Position numbers and translations under genes: made by a program | Part shown: piece after piece, positions 54,521 through 64,000 of the stretch | Layout: each line of letters begins with the position of its first letter | Numbering within the stretch: the stretch's first letter is position 1 | The notes under the pieces: generated by a model | The model's input: only the letters and a program-made list of their open reading frames with translations | Database searches by the model: none | What the model was told of the DNA's origin: nothing | NCBI RefSeq assembly: GCF_009914755.1 | Contig: NC_060935.1 | DNA from: the human T2T-CHM13v2.0 reference genome, Homo sapiens | DNA length: 64,000 nucleotides | Direction: 5' to 3' (one strand)

Positions 54521-57020
54521 TCAACAGGGGTCTTAGGCTGGAACAACCTGCCAACAGCTATGGGGTCCAGGAGCTGGAAGGCTTTTCCTTCCTTGAGGGC
54601 TGTGAGCTTGGGTCTCACCAGCTCTGTGAAGACACCCAGTGCAGCACCTCACAGAGAATGATTCACATGAGGTGAGTTAGCGTGAGAGCACGGGGCTACT
54701 TCTCTGCTGAGAGCCCTGCTTATGCAGTGACGTTGAATTGTTCTACTGCTTATTGCTACCATTTCTAGCCCTTGCCTGGCTGGAGGACTTGGTGGCAGTG
54801 GGGGAATAAAAGGAGAAATGAAGGCTCCTCAGGGATGAGAAAACTGTCGGTCCATCACATGCAAATGAACCCATCTTTGAAAATGGAAACTTATCAAGGT
54901 GGAGAAAGGCGATTTTGCAGGTCATTTCCCTGGGGAATGCAGATACAGGAGACTTCTGGGGCAGAGACTGACACCCTGGAGCCACTGTTTCTCTTCCTTT
55001 CAAATCACTGCATTTTATTCTAAATGGCTTCACCCTCACAGACCTGCAGGCATCCTGGGAAGCTAATCCACCACTCCTAAAGCAGACTGAGACCCTGCTG
55101 TGGTGGAGGTAACTGAACCCAGGCCTTCGAGGTAGTCTCTCTGGGAAAAATCCCCCTTCCGGATGCATGTCTCTAAGAGAAGTTCCCTAGCCTCTCTGAG
55201 CCTCCGATTCCATATCTGTAACATAGGATCTATTCTAACCTCACACGGACTAAATTAAAGCACTTGAGAGCCTCTGGGACATAACTGGCACTCAAAAGGC
55301 CATTTAAAAAGGTAAAAAGATGCAATTGTGCACTAAGTCTAGAAGATCCTCTCTTTAAATACGTGATGATTCAGAAACATCAGGCTGGCAGAGTGGGGCC
55401 TTGGCATTTGCCTCTGCATTCCTAGTGTTGGACAGGGCAGGGCACGCTGGAAAAATGCTTTCAGGACACACAGGAAGGGACCTTCCTCAAACTGACAGTT
55501 CAAGCCAGGTAATGAACAGAATCTGAAACAGTTACTCTGAGATGAGCACAGGCCACCTCAGTGGTTTATTATTAACCGGCTAGGGTATTAAGTGGATTCT
55601 ATCAGCATGAAAGAGTTATCGATTTACACCTTGCCTCATTCCTGAAAGGATTAGAAATAGCTTATGAGAAAATTTAAAATACATAGAGAACCATAAATAG
55701 ATAAATGTCTGGACAGACCTAAAGATTGCAACAAATTGGAATGCATGTGCAGAACCAAGGTCCTCTCTCAATTGTTCTTAAAGCAGACATGAAAGCTTGC
55801 CTTTGAGTTTCCTGTTGGTCAAAGTGGAAATGAACACACATGGTCTTAGAAACAAAATGTACAGTTCTCATGTGAAAATGTCATATTAATTGATTCCCTG
55901 GGGATAGCAAGTCTTTCTTTGACTGGCAGTCAGTTTGAAAGAAATTTCTCACGTGGATTTTCTTAATGGGGTCACCTGGCGACTTAGGGAACAGCGATCA
56001 CAAAGACATCCCTTTAGAATACACCAGAAGATATTGCTGGGCTCTTTTTATGACTTACACCATGTGTGGGCAAAGCACTCAAGTATAGCTTGAAAGAAAA
56101 GGGAGCTCGGATGGGCAAGATACATTTGTATAAATCACAGCTTTCTGTGGAGCTGTCTTCATCTGGGAATAAAACCAGGAATGTTCTTCCAAAAATCTTC
56201 CATAGAAGTTATTTCCCTCAACCAAGTTTTTGATAAAAATTGGGTGATAGAAAATTTGAGGTTGAGATGACATTGTCTGGCAAGGACCTGGAATGCAGGC
56301 TTGCTGATTGAGACTGGACCAGTACAGTTAGAGATGAGCAGAACAGAAACAGTTACTGTCAATGCAGTCTTCTGCAGGAATGCTCATTGCATGGGGGCAT
56401 ATTTCCTTCCAACAGCATTCATCAGGCCTGGGAGCAGAAAACAGCTACACCAGTTCTGAGCTCAACAGTGGACAATAAGAGGGGTGAAAACTAGCCACTG
56501 AGTCTAGCTTCTCTGGGTGGATCCTGGCTCTACCGCCCAGAGCCTTTGGCAGGGCCATTCACCTCTCTCAGTCTTGCTCTCCTCCTCTTGTAAAACAGGG
56601 ATGAGACATGAGCGGTCAACAGGTTGCGATGATGATCAAATGAGCCAATGCGTGTAAAAGACCCTTGTACATAGCAGACTGTCAGCAAATGTTTAACAAC
56701 ACAAAATTGTGGCAGGGGCCGAGCAGAGTAGGTATCAGGTAACTTCAGGAAAGTTAGGTGGTTTTATCCCGTTTTAAGTATGAGTATACATTTTTTCTTC
56801 TGGCAAGGAAAAATGTGATCTTAAGTAATAATCCCTGACTTTCAATTAAATTTTTCATACCCTTTCTCCCTAATATAATATAAAACAACATGAGCTTCTA
56901 ATCTCTTGCACTCCAAAAACTGTACCCTAGGCCACCTTCTGGTGCCTTCTGTTTTATAACGGGCAGGACTTCGCAGGGAACATAAAGACACCCACCGTAT
57001 CATCAATATAGACAGAAATA

Positions 57021-57318
57021 GGCCAGGCGCAGTGGCTCATGCCTGTAATCCCAGCACTTTGGGAGGCCGAGGCGGGTAGATCACGAGGTCAGGAGTTCAA
57101 GACCAGCCTGGCCAACATGATGAAACCCTGTCCCTAGTAAAAAATACAAAAATCAGCCAGGTGCAGTGGCAGGTGCCTGTTATCCCACCTACTTGGGAGG
57201 CTGAGGCAGGAGAATCACTTGAACCCAGGGGCCAGAGGTTTCATTGAGCCGAGATCACGCCATTGCCCTCCAGCCTGGGTGACAGAGTGAGACTCCGTCT
57301 CAAAAACAAAAACAAACA
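57021..57318 (+). mobile_element. Alu (AluSg-like)
   Basis: Full Alu with gatcacgaggtcaggag. TSD agacagaaata on both sides. Confidence 0.95.
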
Positions 57319-58101
57319 CAGACAGAAATAAAAACTAGTGGGGACAGCTTTTGGAGGAGTCCTGAACCTTAAAAGCCGAGACCACACAAGGGAGTCATTC
57401 ATGAGTCTAGGAAGATGGCAGCAAAGGCAGGAAAGAACTTGGGACCTTTGAAATGCAGTATGAAGTCACTTTTGTCTGAGTCTTACAGAATAACACTCAA
57501 ATATCATCAAGGTATACACTGTCCTGTGGGGTCCGATCTTGCCTCTCAGCCCCTCCACCCCTACTGCCGGGGGCTGCTGGCTCACTTCCCACTTCTAGTG
57601 ACTTTGAACCTTCTCTGTGTTCATGAACTTTGCATATGGGTGTCCATTCCCCAACCTAGCCATCTTCTACTCGCCTTCAAAAACAAGTGAAAATGCTGCC
57701 CTCTGAAAAGCATTTCCCCGCTTTCAATGCAGTTTCTGCCTGCATGGTAGAATAATGTTCCTATTCCAATGATTTTGTCTGTCTTCACTAGACTCCAGGC
57801 TTTTGGCAGTGGGAACCAAATCTTCATCACTCCGGATCCCCAACCTGGAGCACAGTGGTTGGCGCCCAGCAGACGTCTCACAGTGATGTGTGAAAATGGG
57901 TCACTTTGAGGCTGTGAATGGATTCTGAGATCTTCAGAGCCTGTGGCAGTGACTGAAGATCAGACTGCAGTTCCTTTCGACCCTGCCCACCCCTGTCATC
58001 CCCACGATGGGGCTCAAGTTGGAGAATAAGCATTGGACCAGTAGGCGGTCCCTAGCCTGGAGGTCAAAGCGGAGAGACCCACAGGTAAAGGTTTGCTTTA
58101 C

Positions 58102-58299
58102 CTGATTGGCGCTGTGGAGTTCTCCAGCTTCCACCAGGCCTTGGGGGGATTTAGGTAGCGGCACCACAGCTCCCAGTCAAAGCCCTGGGCAGCCAGCGGG
58201 TACTCTTCTATCTCAAAGTTGTCATATTTGATGTTATCAAAGGATGGCGAGATGATCCGCTTCCGGTTCTCCTTGATGCGGGTGAGTACAGGTTCAGCC
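58102..58299 (-). CDS. GALNT18: GALNT18 coding exon (probably exon 5)
   Basis: Acceptor ctcctctctgcccag, donor gtaaag. Translates AEPVLTRIKENRKRIISPSFDNIKYDNFEIEEYPLAAQGFDWELWCRYLNPPKAWWKLENSTAPI(R), within ORF 58098..58412. Confidence 0.95.
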
Positions 58300-60000
58300 C
58301 TGGGCAGAGAGGAGACAGCCAGAGAGGGTAACCATTTCCAAGGTGGAAAAATCCAGAGTAGCATCTCCTGAAGGTCCTTCCCCAGCAGAAAGAGGAAGGA
58401 AGGCCTGCCCATCTCCTCTGATGGAGAGGTGCACTGCCTTCTGGGAAGGAGCTCCTATTCAACTTCCCGCTCCCTGAGGATTGCCGGAATGGCAAGAGGC
58501 TGCACCACTCCATTGGCATATCCAGAGCTGAGCTGAGAGATTCTTATTCCAGCCAACCTTGTGCCTGCTCGCTTTCCCTTTCTCCATTAGAAAAAAAAAA
58601 AATCAAGACTCAAAAAAGAAGAAAAAGAAGAAAGAAACAGATCTGAGGCTCCAGAAAAAGCTTTCACCTTGGGCTTTGATTTTGCTAAAATTCTATGTGT
58701 CAACCTGGAGGAAAAGACAGATGAGGATGGCAGAGACTAGGAGCTGAGAACAAACCTACATCCACCAGCCATGCGATGTTGCCCTGGAATGCCAGCTGTG
58801 CCACATCCACCCCCCAAAGCGTTTCCCAACCACCCAAGGAGGGGTGGGGCATTTGGGCTTTCCCAGGGAGCTGGGAGACCCTTGAAGGCACCAGGCGAGT
58901 AAAGTGTTTGCAGGCAGGAATAAGCTTCTCATTAATAATACATTTGGTGCATAATTGTTTATTCAAATCAGCTTGAAATAGTAAGTGTCCCTCTCCTATC
59001 CTGGCCATAAATCCAAAGAAAATGCTGTTTAAATAGTCACAAGTGGCAAGCAGGGACTTCAACTATAAAAAATGGCTGTGTTGCAGCCTTCATTTGGGCC
59101 TGTTATGGCAGCATCCAGGCCAGGCTGTGTGCACGCCCTGCTGCTCCTTCCTGCTGAAGTGCCCTTGTCTCCCACTCCCCGGGGGCACAGGTTGGCACTG
59201 TGGAGTCTGGGGAGGAGAGCAGACCCCAGTGACAACAGGCATATTGATAAAAGGGTGGCCACCTACTTGCCCCAGCTACTTATGGTCATTGCCAGAGCCT
59301 GTGTCTCCCAGGCCCAGGCAAAGTTACACACAGCAGGTGGCCCTGTGCCCTCCAGCCCTGCAGGGAGGTCTGCATCCGCCACTCTATTCCTGGCTGGCTG
59401 CAGCCACTTGGGCCTTCTGTCTGGTCCCTTTCCCCCCAGCATCTGAGCAGCTCTGACCAGAGAAAGAAAGATGTTCTTAGACAGTTTCACCATAGGGAGA
59501 ATCTGAGATTACGTGCTACCTCCAATCTGGCAGTGGGAAAGCCCAGGGCACCTGTGACAACATGGGGCAAGCTTCCCCCACCTTTGCCCACTTGCTGTTG
59601 GCCCTGGCTGTGAGGCTGGGCTTCTGCCTCACGTCTGGCCCAGCTCTCCTTTCCTAGGTGTGGGAACCCTGTCCTTAGCGGGACACTCTCTGCTTTGCCC
59701 TTGGCATGTACCCTTCTCCCTGATGACCCTGCCAGCCAGAGTCACATGTGATGTCACCATGCATATTAGGCACCGTGTGCTGACCTGTTGACCCCTGGCT
59801 ACCCCCTCCCCTCTACCACACCTCGAACCCTAAAGGTCCAGCCTTGTTGCCTGGCTCACTCACACACCTACATCTCACCTATTCCCAGAATTACCTCTTT
59901 TCCCTTAGGCTATGACCAAGATCCTAGCATGCTTTGCACTATTGGAGCTGAAGCCCCAGATCCCACTGGGACTCCTCCTCCTCTCCCAAGGGGCACTTAC

Positions 60001-60184
60001 CAGCCCACATTGAACTCCACGTGGGCATCAAAGAGTGCCACCACAGGGGCAGTGGCCGCCCTCCAGCCACTGACCCTGGAGCGGATGAGGCCTTCCTGCT
60101 TGCTGTGACGCACGACTTTGATGAAGCCTGGCTTCTGGCTGTTCACCTTGTCCACATATTCGGTCAGCTTCTCCTTCAGTTCCT
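60001..60184 (-). CDS. GALNT18: GALNT18 coding exon (probably exon 4), catalytic domain with DxH motif
   Basis: Acceptor ttttctccctgacag, donor gtaagt. Translates (E)ELKEKLTEYVDKVNSQKPGFIKVVRHSKQEGLIRSRVSGWRAATAPVVALFDAHVEFNVG(W). The ORF track does not show this frame. Confidence 0.95.
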
Positions 60185-60999
60185 CTGTCAGGGAGAAAAT
60201 GCAGCCTTAGCATGGGAGGGAGGTCAGGAGGCAGAGGGGGCAATCACAACAGTCACTCTTTTAGTGATGACCCCCAGAGAAAGGCTGGGGGACCCATTCC
60301 CCTCCCTGGGTCTTCTTCAGTGGTCCCCACAGTGGCCAGCACAGGTCAGTTTTGAAGGGAAAAATAGAGGGGAATATTTCCTGTATTTTCAGTATTTTCT
60401 GAGGTCCAGCAATGCACAGGGTCATATACACCACAAACAAGGTCTATTTAATCTTCACAACAAGCCAATAGGAAAATGGTAGCTCAAAAGATTTTATCAA
60501 GTTCTCCAGCATCATGCAGCTTGTGAGTGGCACAGTCCACTTTCAAACCAGGCCTAGTGACCTGAAAAGCCATCATCAGCACGGCTACCTCCTTCCTATT
60601 GGTCTCCATCTCCATCGGTGCTCCTATAACCCCCAGGGGAAGATCCCTCTGCCAAGACCCCAGCCCAGGATCCGCTCTCTGCCTGGATCTCCATCTTTCC
60701 AGGAAGTGGATGGCCAGGAGCTGTGCCCATGTGAGTAGCTGGTGTTGGTTTGCTGCCTGTGGTCCTGGACCTGGCTAAGCATTTGATGCCTCTGCTTCTT
60801 CATAACTGTAAATGGGGCCTGCAGCAACAGAAACAGGCCTCAGCAGCAGCCCCCTGAACCCTCAGCAAGAGAGGGCACAGCCACTGCATTCATTACCTTT
60901 TTCATAGCAGCTAAGGCAAGAGCCCATGACAGCCCTCACAGTTGGTTGGACAGGATTCTAAAGTTCCTTTTGAACCAAGCATCCATCCCAAGGTGTGAA

Positions 61000-61830
61000 T
61001 TCCCTCTGTCTGCCCTGATGAGTGATCATGCAGCCCCTGCAGTAAAAGGGAAATCCATGCAATCCATTCCTTAGAGGGCCTCTTCAACTATTAGATGTTC
61101 TTCCTTCTTCTGACCTCCAAATGCCAGGGTCCCTCAATCTTACATTCATGAGTCCAATGGGACCTATTTTGGAGCCATAGAAGACAGATCAAGTCCCACT
61201 TTCCACATAACAACTGAAGCCCATTCTTAAGTCCTTGCTAAGGACTTCTCTAGGTCAAATATCTTCAGTTCTTCCTTGTGTTTCCGCATATTTCATGATT
61301 TCAAATTCTCTAATCATGTTGAACTTCCCTCTAATTAAGTTAGTTTTTCTTGAACCCTTTCATATTATGCAGAAGTTGACCTAATACTTCTAAAGTAAAC
61401 TGGGCTATACAGAATAGAAGAAATAAATCACCTCCCTTAATCTAGAATCTATGCTCCTATTAATATAATCTAAAGTCACAACAACTTTGATTGCTTTTGT
61501 CTCAAATTAAGCTTACTGCTAACATATACTTACAAATTATTTTTACATGGTGCTACTAAGTCAGGCCTCCTCCATCCCATCTCTGTGGATGCGGGTGCAT
61601 GTGCAGGTGCTTGTGTGTGTGTGCACACATGGGTGCCTGCTCTGAGTCAAAACAAAGAATCTTATGTTTACTTTTATTTAATCAGCCTTTCTAAAGATTT
61701 CCACTATTTCTTTGGAGGTCAAAGTGTTTTTGTCCCCTGATTTCATTACCCAATGTCTTTCTTATCCAGCCCTTCTAGGTTTCCAGCTTCTGCAAAAGTG
61801 ATGAGCATATGGCCTTTCTTGTCATTCAAG
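61000..61830 (-). mobile_element. Ancient L3/CR1-like remnant
   Basis: Resembles antisense CR1/L3 3' region (atcacctcccttaatctagaatctatgctcctattaat). Recognition from memory only. Confidence 0.45.
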
Positions 61831-62439
61831 TGATCCTTTTAAACAGTGTGACCCCTGTCCTAAGCTAGGGCTGGTGGGGGCTGTCAGTGTCCTCATTCCA
61901 GCCTGGAGAAAACTCGACTGACTTCTGGGCTGCCACTGACATGCTGTATATCTCACTGCAGTCCATACGGAAATGACCTCAAGATCTCCAATTGCTGCAG
62001 CTGCCTGGGGAGGTCACTGTCCCACAAATGTCAGGACATTGGCCATGGAGCAGCATAACTCAATATGTCTCACACTTACAAGGTCTTCAAGCACCGTTGC
62101 CAGGAGGCTTCTTAAAACATTTACTGTTTTATCACTTCCAAGGTCCATTTCTCATATATCCTTTTTGAAAAATTTAAATAGAGCTCATAAAGTCTGATAT
62201 CTGGGTTTTTGATGGTGGCAGTTAAGTGTTGAGTGCACAGAACTTGAAGTGAGAACTGGGCTAGTACCAAATGGCCTGATACAAATCCCCTCTCTTCCCC
62301 ATGAAAGGGATACCTGTCCCCTTCTCTCCCTCCTCAACCCTCAGGTGAGACTCCTGCCAGTTGACTCCTGCCAATACCTACCATGACTAAGGTATTGATG
62401 GGAGGAGGCTGAGGATGATTGCTACCAAATGGTCTCCTA

Positions 62440-62850
62440 TGAATTTCACCTCTCTGAATTCACATCTTTGTGTGGCTGCCTCACACACTGAGTCTGGGCT
62501 GGACCGTGACACAGCAGGACACAGCAAGAGGGACCCTGCGCAAGTTCCAGGCCTTTTGCATTTGCTGTCTTGCTGCCCTAACTAAGGAAGGTCTAGGCAG
62601 CCTCTTCCCCAGCCCAGTCATTAGGCCACCCCACAAAGGCCCCAGACAGGTGAGTGAGGCCCTCGTGGATCCTTCAGCCCCAGTCGGGCCACCAGCTGAT
62701 TGCAAATGACAGGGAGAGCCATTGTGTAGAGCAGAGACAGGCTGCCCAGTGATCCCAGCCTTTATTGCAGGATTCTGGGCCAATGGATGGTTGCTGATTC
62801 ACACCATAACTTCTGGAATGGTTTGTTATACACAATGGCTGTAATAAACA
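62440..62850 (+). mobile_element. Old MaLR LTR (MLT1E-H-like)
   Basis: ggatccttcagccccagtc...ccagctga, with terminal ttctggaatggtttgttatacacaat. Confidence 0.6.
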
Positions 62851-64000
62851 TTTTCTATTGTTCTGGTCCGGTGCTGGGGTTAAAATAAGATTGTGAACTC
62901 CTGATGCACAGGAAATGCAATCAGAGGAAGAATGAGCTTTGAGGGGTGGCAGCAAGAGATGGAAAGCTTTGCTTCCTATAGGAGCTACTTGCCTCTTTGT
63001 ACCTGCGAGCTCTGTTAACACTGAGCTAGAGTAAAGGCTTCTGGTGGACCAGATAGTAGAAAAATTCCATCCCCAGTTAGTTGCATCCCAAACATGTGCT
63101 GCTGATTAGAAGAGGGAATTCTCTTAGCCCCAACCAAACAACTGCTATCCAAAAAAGAAAATAAAGAAGAAACAAAATGCCTTGAAGTACCCTAGATGAT
63201 ACTGGCTCTGTCTTTGCAAAGTACCTTTACTTAATTAGGTTTTCATGTTTTCTTTCAATCTTTGTTAAGTGCCAAAGCAAGAAAGAACTATCCCAAAAAT
63301 ACTTCTGCGTTGGCTGGAAAATTGCTTTCCAAAACACTGTCCATTGTATATTATATATATTGACTATTAACTATTTTATATACACATAAACACACACACA
63401 TACCTGTTCACATATAATATCTCTCAGAACTTCTTAGCTCCAAAGATTGTGTTTTTGGAGTTGAACTTGTGTTTTTTCTTACAGCCAAACACAAGTACCC
63501 AGCCCATCATATTTGCCTTCTTGCTAAGGCTGCCAGGAAGCTCAAAGACAAATATAATGACTAATCACAAAGATTTTATCAGGATTTTTGCTGCCCTATC
63601 TTTGCTAAACCTTTGATTTTCTGGTTCAAATTTAAAAGCTGATTGACTTTTACCTTTTATTCCCTATGCAAGCTATCTTTAATTAATTTTTTGAAATTTC
63701 TATAAATAACATTTAATAAAGTGTCTTGGTGGGTTAGGACAGTAGTATAATTGTGGAAGGAAAAGGGAAGGTATATTTTGTGCTTGTTTTAATGCGTTGG
63801 AGAAAGAGGAGGCAGGGAGTCTGCTTGCTGTGACTCTGCCAGATCTAGAGTCAATGTGCAGCTGTCGATAGCCCATGTTGACAGAGAAATACAATTTGCA
63901 CCCTGCATGGGGCCAGGTGTCATCCTGCTTATGTTGCTACTTCAGCTCTCTCCTACTGTCCACAAATCCCTGATCTCCTGACATTGGAGGGACCTCTGTA

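Noticed and set aside
60021-60482. 153-aa plus-strand ORF
   Set aside because: It is the antisense shadow of the GALNT18 exon at 60001-60184.

Overview
This is primate, most likely human, genomic DNA, recognised from memory as part of the GALNT18 (ppGalNAc-T18/GALNTL4) locus. Six internal coding exons lie on the minus strand (60001-60184, 58102-58299, 53435-53549, 21757-21942, 13599-13736, 7993-8088). All have AG/GT boundaries, and they splice into one uninterrupted 917-nt frame covering the DxH motif, the Gal/GalNAc-T motif (YGGEN, Y-subfamily) and the start of the ricin-type lectin domain. The 31.5-kb intron holds a complete, intronless CK2-alpha retrocopy (CSNK2A3/CSNK2A1P; CDS 32865-34040, 391 aa) on the same strand as the host gene. 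It has a 16-bp target-site duplication, a short poly(A) tail and five amino-acid differences from CK2-alpha as recalled. The rest is intronic DNA rich in Alu, L1, L2, MIR, MaLR LTR and DNA-transposon remnants. I see no convincing wholly new biological system, and the retrogene itself is already known. The items most worth following up are: the retrogene allele with two substitutions at the alpha-D pocket; the YY1 site and proximal poly(A) site it captured; a MaLR composite with two outward-facing U5 ends inside one TSD; a perfect 18-bp-arm palindrome; and inverted Alus flanking frame-symmetric exons. Gene names, exon numbers and repeat subfamilies come from memory, not from database searches.
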